In this document: piece by piece, positions 8,679-18,120 of the stretch
How positions within the stretch are numbered: position 1 is the stretch's first letter
How the letters are laid out: every line of letters starts with the position of its first letter
Assembly (NCBI GenBank): GCA_045803545.1
Contig: JBJMOW010000002.1
Span: forward strand, 416,001 to 480,000
Length of the DNA stretch: 64,000 nucleotides
Origin: Gemmatimonadaceae bacterium
GTDB taxonomy: Bacteria; Gemmatimonadota; Gemmatimonadetes; Gemmatimonadales; Gemmatimonadaceae
Direction: 5' to 3'
Notes under the pieces: generated by a model
Seen by the model: the letters and a program-made list of their open reading frames with translations, nothing else
Told to the model about the DNA's origin: nothing
Database searches by the model: none
Translations under genes and position numbers: made by a program

Positions 8679-10171
8679 TTAGCTTCCTCAGTCGATGCTT
8701 GTAGCTCACGCTGTCGCTGCGGCCGCTTCGGATCGACGGGTAGGGTCACTGTAAAAGTCGTTCCCTCACCCACCGTGCTCTCCGTCGTGATGTCGCCGCC
8801 GTGAGCTTCGACGATTTCCTTCGCAATCGCCAGGCCTAATCCCGTGCCTTTGGTGGCGGCCTGAGCCTGATTGTCCGCCTGGAAGAACTTGTCGAAGATG
8901 TGCGGTAGTTGGTCAGGCGGAATTCCCGCGCCGGTATCCACCACCGTGATGGTGACCCTGTCCTGGTCGGCCGTGACTGTAAGTCCGACTTTGCCACCGC
9001 GCTCGGTGAATTTGAAGGCGTTCGAGAGCAGGTTGCCGAGCACTTCGTTGATGCGATCCTCATCCCAGAAGACATGTTCGGGAAGGCCGGGACGGTGGTC
9101 GATGCCGAATGATATCCCTCGCTGCATTGCCAAAACCGAGAACGAGCTTTCCAATGTGCTGAGGAAGCGCTGCAAGTTCGTCTCACGGATGTCGAGCTTG
9201 CCGCCGCTGGCCTCGAACCGGCTGACGTCGAGCAAACGCTTCACCAGTCGGGTGAGGGTATTTGCCTGTTTGCTGATGGTGTCGAGAATTTGTTTCTGCT
9301 GGTCAGTCATTTCGCCGTAGAGACCTTCCTTAAGCAGGTCCAGATAACCGATGATGACGTTGATCGGTGTCTTCAGCTCGTGTGATGCGACGCTCACGAA
9401 CTCCGCGCGCAGTCGCTCCAGCTCCGCCAGCTGACGCGCCATTGTTTGGTAGCTTTTCGCAAGACGACCGAATTCGGTTTGTTCGTTTGCCTGCAGCCTC
9501 AGCCGGTACGCGAGATCTCCATCCGCAATTGCGCGCATGCCGCGATCGAGCTCTTTGACAGGGCGTCCGATCGAGCGCACCAGCCAGAGCGCGATCACCG
9601 CGGCGATCAGTAACGCCACCAGCAAGGCGCCGGCGGCGAGGCGCTCAGCGTTCAGCGTAGCCGTTGTAGCGTCGTTGATGCGCTGGCGTGTGCGAGTGCG
9701 TAACAGCGCGGCGCTTGCCTCGATTGCGCTATCGACCATGGCCACTGACGGCCGCGTGCGCTGAGAGGAAATCATTTCGGCGACTGTACTACGGCCGGCC
9801 GCGGCTTGCTCATATTCGTCGCGAGCGGCACCGCGCAGCGCGTCGAGCGAGGCGCGAATCTGCGAAGCCGGCAGCTCCAGGCGATAACGCTGGAGCGAGT
9901 CGCTGAGAATGAACAGTGTGTCGATCTGGCGCTGCATGCGTGCCGCGCTCTTCTGATCGTGAATGAAGAGCAGCGCATCTTCGGCGCGACGGGTGTCGTC
10001 GGTGCGCTCGCGGAAAGTCCCAAGGAGCAGCGACGCTGCGAATTCACGGTCGCGCAGCAACCGCGTCGTTCCGTAAAGCTGCTCGAGCGACCTAATCGAT
10101 AGCAGCAACGGAATGATCAGCACCACGGCGATGGCGAGCAGGCCCCACCCGAGGCGGGCGCGCAGAGTCAT
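8675..10171 (-). CDS. HAMP-domain membrane sensor histidine kinase
   Basis: Two TMs, HAMP, H-box ASHELKTP, N-box NLLSNAFKFT, G1 DTGAGI, G2 GTGLGL. Confidence 0.93.
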   Translation of the reverse strand: MTLRARLGWGLLAIAVVLIIPLLLSIRSLEQLYGTTRLLRDREFAASLLLGTFRERTDDTRRAEDALLFIHDQKSAARMQRQIDTLFILSDSLQRYRLELPASQIRASLDALRGAARDEYEQAAAGRSTVAEMISSQRTRPSVAMVDSAIEASAALLRTRTRQRINDATTATLNAERLAAGALLVALLIAAVIALWLVRSIGRPVKELDRGMRAIADGDLAYRLRLQANEQTEFGRLAKSYQTMARQLAELERLRAEFVSVASHELKTPINVIIGYLDLLKEGLYGEMTDQQKQILDTISKQANTLTRLVKRLLDVSRFEASGGKLDIRETNLQRFLSTLESSFSVLAMQRGISFGIDHRPGLPEHVFWDEDRINEVLGNLLSNAFKFTERGGKVGLTVTADQDRVTITVVDTGAGIPPDQLPHIFDKFFQADNQAQAATKGTGLGLAIAKEIVEAHGGDITTESTVGEGTTFTVTLPVDPKRPQRQRELQASTEEAK

Positions 10172-10257
10172 ATCAGGCGAATTGGTTGGGGCGAGGTCCG
10201 AAAGTTATCGCAGCCAGCAAGTAGACGGAATTGAATCCGGCTGCTACTGTCGTTGCT

Positions 10258-11592
10258 ATGACATCCAAAATCTCACTGCCACTAATTTGCAGGCGGATCG
10301 CCTGCGCCGCGCTCGCGGTAACAGCGATTCTTTCGACCGCATCACGGCGGGCGAAGGCACAGGCCTCCCCCAGCGCACGCTTAACCCCCATCGAGCAGAA
10401 GATTCGCGACTATGTGCGCGCGCACGAAAGCGAGCAGATCACCTTCCTGGAAAAAGCCGTGAATATCAGTAGCGGCACGCTCAACCTCGCCGGAGTCCGT
10501 TCGGTGGGGCGACTGTTTGCTCCCGAGTTTGCGTCGATCGGTTTCGACACGACGTGGGTTGCCTTACCGGACGCCGTCGGGCGGGCCGGACATCTTTTCG
10601 CCGAGCGCAAGGGTGATCGAGGAAAGCGACTCATACTGTTAGGTCATCTCGACACGGTGTTCGAGGGCGAAGGCGAAAGGTTCGTGCGTCTCGACACTCT
10701 GGCTGCAGGGGCAGGCAGCTCGGATATGAAGGGTGGTGACGCTGTGATTCTTTACGCGCTCAAGGCGTTGCAAAGCGTCGGCGCTTTGAAGGGCACGCGG
10801 ATCGCGGTAGCGCTGATGGGCGACGAGGAAGATGCCGGACCGCTCGATAAGGTTTCCCGTCAGCCGCTGATCGACCTTGCGAAGCGCAGCGATGCTGCGC
10901 TGGGCTTCGAGGAGGACGCTGGGAAGGGAACAGTCGCCCGTCGCGGGTTCAGTGGTTGGCAGCTGACTGTGACCGCGCGACAGGCGCATTCCTCGGGGAT
11001 TTTTCAGCCGGGCTCGTCGGACGGCGCGATTTACGAAGCAGCGCGGATTCTAAACACGTTTCGAGAGCGATTGTCGAGCGAGCAGTATCTGACGTTCAAT
11101 CCGGCGATCATAGTCGGCGGCACTGACGTCACCTACGATTCGACCAAGATCTCCGGCACGACTGCGGGGAAGGACAACATCATCGCGCCAAAGGCATATG
11201 CGCGCGGTGATCTTCGCTTCATCTCCGACGAGCAGCTGCAGAAAGCGCGCGAAACGATGCGTGCGATCGTCGCCGACCATTTACCCGGCACGACAGCCAC
11301 GATCACCTTTGAGGACGGAAATCCGGCGATGCCGCCAACGAAGGGCAACATGGCTTTGCTGGCCGTCGAGGACGCGGTGAGCAGGGCTTTGGGTCAAGGC
11401 CCGGTCGAAGCGCTCGACCCCGGACGACGTGGCGGCGGCGATATCTCCTACATCTCCCAGTATCTCGATGCTCTGGATGGACTGGGTGTCATAGGAATGC
11501 GCTCTCACACGCCCGACGAGCGCGTCGATCTCCGGTCGATTGTCCCGGCGACCGAGAGAGCGGCGCTCCTTATTTACAGGCTGACGAGATAG
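10258..11592 (+). CDS. Secreted M20 family metallopeptidase (carboxypeptidase G2/ArgE-like)
   Basis: Signal peptide ending AKA-Q; metal ligands GHLDTV, DMKGG, GDEE, GFE, HTPDE. Confidence 0.88.
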   Translation: MTSKISLPLICRRIACAALAVTAILSTASRRAKAQASPSARLTPIEQKIRDYVRAHESEQITFLEKAVNISSGTLNLAGVRSVGRLFAPEFASIGFDTTWVALPDAVGRAGHLFAERKGDRGKRLILLGHLDTVFEGEGERFVRLDTLAAGAGSSDMKGGDAVILYALKALQSVGALKGTRIAVALMGDEEDAGPLDKVSRQPLIDLAKRSDAALGFEEDAGKGTVARRGFSGWQLTVTARQAHSSGIFQPGSSDGAIYEAARILNTFRERLSSEQYLTFNPAIIVGGTDVTYDSTKISGTTAGKDNIIAPKAYARGDLRFISDEQLQKARETMRAIVADHLPGTTATITFEDGNPAMPPTKGNMALLAVEDAVSRALGQGPVEALDPGRRGGGDISYISQYLDALDGLGVIGMRSHTPDERVDLRSIVPATERAALLIYRLTR

Positions 11593-11632
11593 AAAAAAAC
11601 GGCACGCCAGGATCGGCGTGCCGTTTCTCTTT
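11593..11632. terminator. Bidirectional intrinsic terminator
   Basis: A7 run, stem AAACGGCACGCC-aggatc-GGCGTGCCGTTT, then CTCTTT; lies between the convergent M20 and SusD genes. Confidence 0.85.
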
Positions 11633-11647
11633 CAAGCGCGGCAAGAA

Positions 11648-13036
11648 TCAGTACCCGGGATTCTGTACCATGTTTGGTGAAACGTCGAGCTCAGACTGAG
11701 GAATCGGCAACAGATCCTGTGCTGCTGGGATGTTCGCCAGTCCAGTGTTCGTGCGGATCATGTCCGGCCAGCGATCACCCTCGAATGCCAGCTCCAGCCG
11801 GCGTTCGTTGGCAATTGCTGCCAGCGCCTGCGCCTGGGTTAGCGTGGTCGGGTCGGGTGCAACACCCGCTCTCACACGCAGCCGGTTGTATTCGGCGACT
11901 GCTTCCGGAACACGATTGAGGCGCGCCAATGCTTCGGCGCGAATCAGGATTACCTCGGCAAGTCTGATCACGTGCAGATCTTCGTCGCCCGCCGGATTTC
12001 TGAACTTCGCGGCGTAGGTACGCGTTCCCGCGCGAGCAATTGAATACTTGCCGCGCAGATCGGTTGGATTGTAGGTGGCAATGTTGCCGCCCGACGCAGG
12101 ATCGAATGCGGCAATAATGCCGGTGGTGCCCAAGGTGTTATCGATGCTGGTGGTCGGAGCGACCTCGTACCTGCCACCCAGTGCCTTTGGCAAATAGTAA
12201 ATACTTGCGGCGTGCGCCTGGGTTGGAGTGAAGGTCACTCTGAAGATGTCTTCCGGCGTATTGCTGCCTGTGGCATCGAAGAGATCCGAGAAGGTGGGTG
12301 CGAGTGAATACCCCATCCCCTCGGTTACGGCAGCAGCCGCTTCGGCGCCGGCATAGTCACCGTTGTACAGCCTCACGCGCGCCTCGATTGCGGAAACGGC
12401 ACCGAGTGAGGCCTGGCGTGTCTGGCTGCGCCCGGCCGTAATCAACTGCTTGGCCTGCGCGAGATCAGCAAGGACCTGCGTGTAAACCGCCGAGCCGGCT
12501 GCCCGTGTTGCCTCGTTTGCCGCACTCGCACTTGTCACCGGCGCCAGAATCAAGGGCACACCTAAAGCCCCGGTGTTGCCATAGAGCTTCACGAGATCAT
12601 GGTAAGTCAGCGCGCGCAGGAAATACGCCTCGCCGAGCGTCTCGTTCTTCTCGGCGTCGTCCATGTCGGTGAGAGCAGGAACCTTATCCAGGATCTGATT
12701 CACTCGATTGATTTCGTTGTACGCAGCATCCCAGATCGCCGTCGCTCGAAAGTTATCGGAGCGAAGGAGGTGTTGGTCGGCGTCCGCATAATCGTCGAAC
12801 GTACCGACCCAACGCGCGTTGTCGGACAGGACTTCGGTCCAGTCGACGAGGTCGTGACCGTACAGCCCAGCCGCCTGCAGCCCTGCGTACGCGCCCTGAA
12901 GAGCGGCGCGCGCCCCGACAGCGTCGGAGATCGCAGTCCCGGAGGCGATCGAGCTGGTTGGCGGAACATCGAGCGTATTGCTGCACGCGCTCAGTCCCAC
13001 CGCCGCAAGCACCAGCAAAAGTTTATTGATTCGCAT
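11648..13036 (-). CDS. RagB/SusD family outer-membrane lipoprotein
   Basis: Lipobox LSAC; GEAYFLRALTYHDLV, IRLAEVILIRAEA, ERRLELAFEGDRW, C-terminal QNPGY. Alternative start at 13069. Confidence 0.95.
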   Translation of the reverse strand: MRINKLLLVLAAVGLSACSNTLDVPPTSSIASGTAISDAVGARAALQGAYAGLQAAGLYGHDLVDWTEVLSDNARWVGTFDDYADADQHLLRSDNFRATAIWDAAYNEINRVNQILDKVPALTDMDDAEKNETLGEAYFLRALTYHDLVKLYGNTGALGVPLILAPVTSASAANEATRAAGSAVYTQVLADLAQAKQLITAGRSQTRQASLGAVSAIEARVRLYNGDYAGAEAAAAVTEGMGYSLAPTFSDLFDATGSNTPEDIFRVTFTPTQAHAASIYYLPKALGGRYEVAPTTSIDNTLGTTGIIAAFDPASGGNIATYNPTDLRGKYSIARAGTRTYAAKFRNPAGDEDLHVIRLAEVILIRAEALARLNRVPEAVAEYNRLRVRAGVAPDPTTLTQAQALAAIANERRLELAFEGDRWPDMIRTNTGLANIPAAQDLLPIPQSELDVSPNMVQNPGY

Positions 13037-13079
13037 GATTTGATTGGTTCGAGAGTTTAGACGTGTCATGATATGCGGC

Positions 13080-16000
13080 CTACCAGTCCGTGCTCAGGCC
13101 AACCATCCACGTGCGGGCCAACGGATAGGAGTAGAACTCCTGACCGAGCGAAATGTTCGACCCCGAGCCGTTGCTGTTTACATCAGGGTTGTAGCCCTTG
13201 AAGTTGGTCCACGTCTTCAGGTTCCGACCACTCACGTACAAGCGGGTGTTGTCCAGGCCAGCGAAGCGTGCGACCCTGGCCGGCACCTTCATTCCGAGCG
13301 TGACTTCCTGCAGTCGAGTGTAGTTACCCGGCTCGACGAACCTCGAAGAGTTGATGTAGCCCTGCGAAGTCCCGTCCCAGCTCGGACGCGGCTCGTCGGT
13401 GATATCACCTGGCTGCTGCCAGCGACGTAACGCGTACGCGAACTTGTTGTCGCGATTGAAGCCCGCGTCATCAGAGAACTCTCTGACGCCGTTCCAGATC
13501 TGGTTTCCGCCGCTGAATTGAACGGCGGCGCGCAGATCGAAGGGTCCCGCGGTAAAGGTATTCGTTACGCCACCCCAGACTGTTGGCTGCGGGCTACCGA
13601 CAACGACGCGGTCGTCGGCGTTGATCGCGCCATCGCCGTTCGTGTCCTGGTACATGGCGTCGCCCGTTTGGGGATCCACCCCGAGGAACTTGATCAGATA
13701 GAACGCTCCCAGCGGCTCGCCAACACGGACCGAGTTCACACCGTCGACGCCGCTATAGATCGGCTGATTCTGGTATAGCGCGGTCACGCGATTCCTGTTG
13801 TGCGAGTAGTTGTAGCTCGTCTGCCACGAGAAACTCCCCGGTCCGCTGCCGCGAATAAGGTCTGTGGTTAGCTCGAGCTCGACACCCTGATTCTCAATGT
13901 TGCCGATATTGTCCGTAAACGACGTGAACCCACTGGTCGCACTAATCGGTCGAGTGACCAACAGGTTGGATGTTTTCTTCCTGTACCAGTCGCCGACAAT
14001 CCCAATGCGGCCGTCGAACATCGTCCAGTCAAAACCTAAGTCGGTCTCTCTGGTCTGCTCCCACTTCAGGTCGCGATTACCGAAATTGTTCGGTGCGATT
14101 CCGCCGGCCTTGCCATAGTTCGCGGAGCTATCCGTAGCGCGGAATGCCTGGTTACCGATGCCCTGGTTGCCGGTCGTGCCGACGCTACCCCGAAGCTTGA
14201 TCGAACCGACCCTGGAAAGACCACTCAACATCGGTTCTTGAGTGATTACCCACCCAAGAGAGAAGGCAGGGAATACGCCCCAGCGGCTGTCAGGGCCGAA
14301 TCTCGAGGAGCCGTCCGCGCGCACGCTGGCGCTAGCCAGATAGCGCTCTGCGAGATTGAGGTTTGCACGCGCAAAGTAGGAAAGAAGATTGTTCGCGCTG
14401 CGGCTTCCGTCGTAGACCACCGGGGTAGTCGCGCTGCCGACGTCGTGGAGCGCCGGACTGCTGAAGCCTTGACCCTCAATCCGGTTGAGTTCTTGTGTAT
14501 TGCGTTCGGTGCTCGCACCAAGCGTGGTGGTAAGCGTTCCTCTGCTGCTCCCGGAGAACGGAGTCAGTGTGAAGAAGCCTTCGCCTACAAAGCGACTCCC
14601 GGTGTTGTATGCCGAGGTGGCATCACCGCCCACGCCTCCGTTCTCATCGACTACGAGCGGCGAACCCCAAAGGCGTTCGTGCAGCACGAGGTTGTCGCCA
14701 GAGAGGCGCGTCGTAAACTGCGCCCAATTCGCCAAATTGTAATTGCCTTCAACGTTCGCCAGGACTCGGTTCGTCGTCGTAGGGTTATAGTCGTAGGTCG
14801 CGATGGCCAGCGGGTTGGTGTACTGAATGCCGGTGACGTCGTTTGTGCTGAACGTCCCATCGGGATTGTAGACCGGCATGTTCGGCTGGTCAGCAATCGC
14901 ATTTGGACCGGTTCCGCTAATTGTGTTATCGCTCACCTGGCGATAGTTGACCTCGCGGGAAAGGCCCACTGAAGCCTTGATGGACAGTCTGTCAGTCGGG
15001 TCGAAGTCGATATTGGCGCGGCCGCTCGACCGATTGTACGAGGTGGCGAGCTGAATGCCCTCCTGACCGAAGTACGAGCCCGAGACGTAGTACTTCACTC
15101 TGCCGCTGCCACCGGTCAAGCCGATATTCGCATCACGAACTGGGGCCGTCCTATAAACGAGGGACTGCCAATTGGTGTTGAATTGGTCGTCAATCCCAAC
15201 TCCAAAGCCGGTGTCGATAATGTCCTGCGGTGTATAACCGTCATTCGTCATGCCCTCGGCCATGTAGGCGACGTACTCAGTACCGGTGAGCATGTGCAGG
15301 AGCTTCTCCGGCTTCTGCCATCCCGTGTATCCGTTGAATGTGATACGGTTGTTGCCGGCGATACCACGCTTGGTCGTGATCATGACAACGCCGTTGGATG
15401 CGCGCGAGCCATAGATGCCGGCCGACGCAGCGTCCTTCAGGATGGTGATCGACTCGATTTCGTCCGGATTCAGGTTTGTAACTGCCGTCAAATCCTGGCC
15501 ACCGAATCCGACCTGCGTGAAATCCTCCGTCTGTACTGGCACGCCGTCCACCACGAACAGCGGCTGGTTACTGGCGGTCAGCGATGAGGCTCCGCGCACG
15601 CGAATGGAAATGCCGTTGCCCGGATTACCAGCGTTCTGCGTCACCTGAACGCCAGCGGCTTTGCCCTGTAGTGCGGCATCGATGCCCGCGATCGGAATGT
15701 TACGGATGTCAGATGCGGCGACGGTTGTCAGTGCGCCGGTTACTTCGGAGCGATTGCTCGATCCATAACCGACAACAACCACCTGCGACAGCGTTGGGAT
15801 GACCGAACGCAACATCACGTCCGCTCCCGCAGTCGCACCATCCGCAACGCTCACAGTCGCTGTCTGCTGCGCGAATCCGATCTTCTGAATCCGCACCGTC
15901 GCAGTGCCAGCCGTTACGCCGGTGAAGCGATAAACGCCGGACGCATCGGTGAAGGTTGTGCGATTCGTGCCGACGAGCTGCACCTGCGCTCCGCCAACCG

Positions 16001-16130
16001 GCTGCTGCGTCGTTGAATCGACTACTGTCCCGCGAATAGTCCCGGTGCCCTGGGCGTGCGCGGTTCGCAGAGGCAGCAACGCCACTGCGGCTACAACGAG
16101 AAATTTCCAACCAATCTTCAAGCTTTTCAT
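13080..16130 (-). CDS. SusC/RagA family TonB-dependent outer-membrane transporter
   Basis: Signal peptide, carboxypeptidase-regulatory-like N-domain, VVVVGYG, SusC signature IESITILKDAASAGIYGSRASNGVVMITTKRG, LKWEQT. AGGAGG SD before ATG 16130. Confidence 0.96.
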   Translation of the reverse strand: MKSLKIGWKFLVVAAVALLPLRTAHAQGTGTIRGTVVDSTTQQPVGGAQVQLVGTNRTTFTDASGVYRFTGVTAGTATVRIQKIGFAQQTATVSVADGATAGADVMLRSVIPTLSQVVVVGYGSSNRSEVTGALTTVAASDIRNIPIAGIDAALQGKAAGVQVTQNAGNPGNGISIRVRGASSLTASNQPLFVVDGVPVQTEDFTQVGFGGQDLTAVTNLNPDEIESITILKDAASAGIYGSRASNGVVMITTKRGIAGNNRITFNGYTGWQKPEKLLHMLTGTEYVAYMAEGMTNDGYTPQDIIDTGFGVGIDDQFNTNWQSLVYRTAPVRDANIGLTGGSGRVKYYVSGSYFGQEGIQLATSYNRSSGRANIDFDPTDRLSIKASVGLSREVNYRQVSDNTISGTGPNAIADQPNMPVYNPDGTFSTNDVTGIQYTNPLAIATYDYNPTTTNRVLANVEGNYNLANWAQFTTRLSGDNLVLHERLWGSPLVVDENGGVGGDATSAYNTGSRFVGEGFFTLTPFSGSSRGTLTTTLGASTERNTQELNRIEGQGFSSPALHDVGSATTPVVYDGSRSANNLLSYFARANLNLAERYLASASVRADGSSRFGPDSRWGVFPAFSLGWVITQEPMLSGLSRVGSIKLRGSVGTTGNQGIGNQAFRATDSSANYGKAGGIAPNNFGNRDLKWEQTRETDLGFDWTMFDGRIGIVGDWYRKKTSNLLVTRPISATSGFTSFTDNIGNIENQGVELELTTDLIRGSGPGSFSWQTSYNYSHNRNRVTALYQNQPIYSGVDGVNSVRVGEPLGAFYLIKFLGVDPQTGDAMYQDTNGDGAINADDRVVVGSPQPTVWGGVTNTFTAGPFDLRAAVQFSGGNQIWNGVREFSDDAGFNRDNKFAYALRRWQQPGDITDEPRPSWDGTSQGYINSSRFVEPGNYTRLQEVTLGMKVPARVARFAGLDNTRLYVSGRNLKTWTNFKGYNPDVNSNGSGSNISLGQEFYSYPLARTWMVGLSTDW

Positions 16131-16205
16131 TCCCCCTCCTCCGTTGGAACGGTCTACTGCATTGGCGGCCACGTGCCGCCGACGATCAAGGTGCTTGGTG
16201 CATCA

Positions 16206-17132
16206 TTACCGCGAACCCGGAAGTAACGCCTCCCCGGTCCGCGGATCGTACGCGCTCCCCGCTGGAAGGAGCGACAGCTTCACGCCGGTTGATCCCAAAA
16301 CGCCGGCGGTTGCGGATGTGGTTCGCGAACCACGCGCGTCCAATATCATCACCACGCTTCTTCCCAGTACCAGCCATTTCCCGTCCGGCGTTACCTCCAG
16401 CGCGGTGCCTTCATCGATTCCCACGCCCAACAGCGACGGCCTCTCCAGCACGACACTGATCAAGCGGTTCGCCCGCTGCCGCCTTATGAAGTGCTGGTCG
16501 ACAATTGCGTTGTGGACGAAGCCCAGTCCCGGCACAATCTCGATCACGTGACGGCCAACTCGGGTGAAATTCGACGAGTCGAGCGCTGCTGCCGAACCCG
16601 GATAAAACTGATTGCCGGTAATCATCGAGTCGCTCATCACCGCCGCGCCGGCCGACGTGCCTCCGACGACTGCGCCGGCGTTGTAGCGGTCGTGAATCGC
16701 CCGCAATACCGCAGACCCGCCGAGAGCTCCCGTCAGCAGCGATTGATCGCCACCGGGGAACCAGATTCCACTCGCTGTTTGAACTTTCCTGACAAGAGAA
16801 TCGTCGTCAGCGCGCGAGCGAGGAAAATTCAGAACAAATGAATCGGCACCGAGGCTATCGAGCTGCGCCTCCTTTTCCGCGCCGGCTTCAGCTGCTTCCG
16901 ATGTCGCCATCGGCAGAATTGCGATTCGTGCCTTACCACGCCCGCCGGCCAGATCGACGAAATGCTTGACCAGCTCATCGGGCTGCGAGCCACCCCCGAC
17001 GATCAATAGGGTACCGCGTGGAGCGGCCGGGGTAGATCGCTCAGAAAACATTGCGGTGCGCGATGCTGCCGTGGATGCACATCCAGCGACGACGAGGCAC
17101 GTCAGTACGCGACCCGCATGACGCGCGATCAT
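16206..17132 (-). CDS. cphB: Cyanophycinase (peptidase S51), predicted lipoprotein
   Basis: LLIVGGG, FPGGDQ, nucleophile GTSAG, DQHFIRRQRANRL, GIDEGTAL. Start 17132 overlaps the IclR stop (ATGA) and gives lipobox VAGC. Confidence 0.85.
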   Translation of the reverse strand: MIARHAGRVLTCLVVAGCASTAASRTAMFSERSTPAAPRGTLLIVGGGSQPDELVKHFVDLAGGRGKARIAILPMATSEAAEAGAEKEAQLDSLGADSFVLNFPRSRADDDSLVRKVQTASGIWFPGGDQSLLTGALGGSAVLRAIHDRYNAGAVVGGTSAGAAVMSDSMITGNQFYPGSAAALDSSNFTRVGRHVIEIVPGLGFVHNAIVDQHFIRRQRANRLISVVLERPSLLGVGIDEGTALEVTPDGKWLVLGRSVVMILDARGSRTTSATAGVLGSTGVKLSLLPAGSAYDPRTGEALLPGSR

Positions 17133-17941
17133 GACGCTACCTTCGGCCGATGGCCGTTTGTCAATCTCACTGATGGCGCCGCGCCAAGCCGACGCGAGAC
17201 CCGAGTCGCGGCTTCGCAAAGGCCGGAAAGAAGCTCACGCCGCCGCTTCGGTGTGAGACGGGAACCCGGTCCGTTGATACTGATTGCAGCCGCTACGTAC
17301 CCGAGATGATTGCGAATCGGTGCCGCCATCGCGACCAGGCCGGGCTCGAGCTCATCGACCGCGAACGCGTATCCGTGCTGCTTCACCCGCGCGAGCTCCC
17401 GCTCCAGCTCCGTCCTCGTGACGATCGTACGCTTCGAGAAGCGGGTGAGGCGTGGCAGTGGACGTCGCGGCTCCGAGAACGCCAGCAGGATCTTTCCGGT
17501 CGACGTTGCGTGAATGGGCCACCGACGGCCGATTTCGGGAGTGGCGCTAAAGAGAAATTTGCCCTGTACCTCATCGACCACCAGCACATCGCCGCCGGTC
17601 AGGATTTCGAGTGTCGATGTCTCCCCGGAGTCATCGGTAAGTCGGAGCAGCTCCTGATGAGCAACCTCCCGCAGATCGGTCGTCGAGAGCGCTGACGCTC
17701 CGAGGGTGATGATCTCCGGACCGAGCCGATAGGCGCCGTTGACACCATCGCGGGCAACCATTCCCTCGTTTTCCAGCGCACCAAGCAGCCGGAAGACGGT
17801 CGCCTTGCTGAGGCCCGTCGCCGTGCCCAGCTCGGTGATGCCATACGCGCTGGACGAGCGTCCAAGCGCCTTCAGGACGGTCACAGCACGTACTACTGCC
17901 CGCGTGCCTGTGAGAGGACGCAAATTGGAACGGCGTTTCAT
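17129..17941 (-). CDS. IclR family transcriptional regulator
   Basis: HTH GITELGTATGLSKATVFRLL; effector domain HATSTGKILLA, GYAFAVDE, AAPIRN...AAISINGP. Confidence 0.93.
   Translation of the reverse strand: MKRRSNLRPLTGTRAVVRAVTVLKALGRSSSAYGITELGTATGLSKATVFRLLGALENEGMVARDGVNGAYRLGPEIITLGASALSTTDLREVAHQELLRLTDDSGETSTLEILTGGDVLVVDEVQGKFLFSATPEIGRRWPIHATSTGKILLAFSEPRRPLPRLTRFSKRTIVTRTELERELARVKQHGYAFAVDELEPGLVAMAAPIRNHLGYVAAAISINGPGSRLTPKRRRELLSGLCEAATRVSRRLGAAPSVRLTNGHRPKVAS
17926..17940. promoter_or_regulatory. Candidate IclR operator TGGAACGGCGTTTCA
   Basis: 15-bp pseudo-palindrome overlapping the iclR start codon; same format as the E. coli IclR box TGGAAATNATTTCCA. Confidence 0.35.
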
Positions 17942-18060
17942 AAAGAGCGGCTACATTGTTTCGCCGCTCAATAGTTGTCAAGAATTCTTTTGTTAACGGC
18001 GTGTGAATTTTAGCGAACGGCGACGCGCGCTTTTCGGGAGCAGCGGAGCGTTGGCGGCGG

Positions 18061-18090
18061 TTGACACTGCCCGGCGGAACTGCCTACCTT
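18061..18090 (+). promoter_or_regulatory. Putative sigma70 promoter of asnS
   Basis: TTGACA-N18-TACCTT ending 30 nt before the asnS ATG. Confidence 0.4.
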
Positions 18091-18120
18091 GCCGCGCGAG
18101 ACGCGCCCCATCACCACTAC

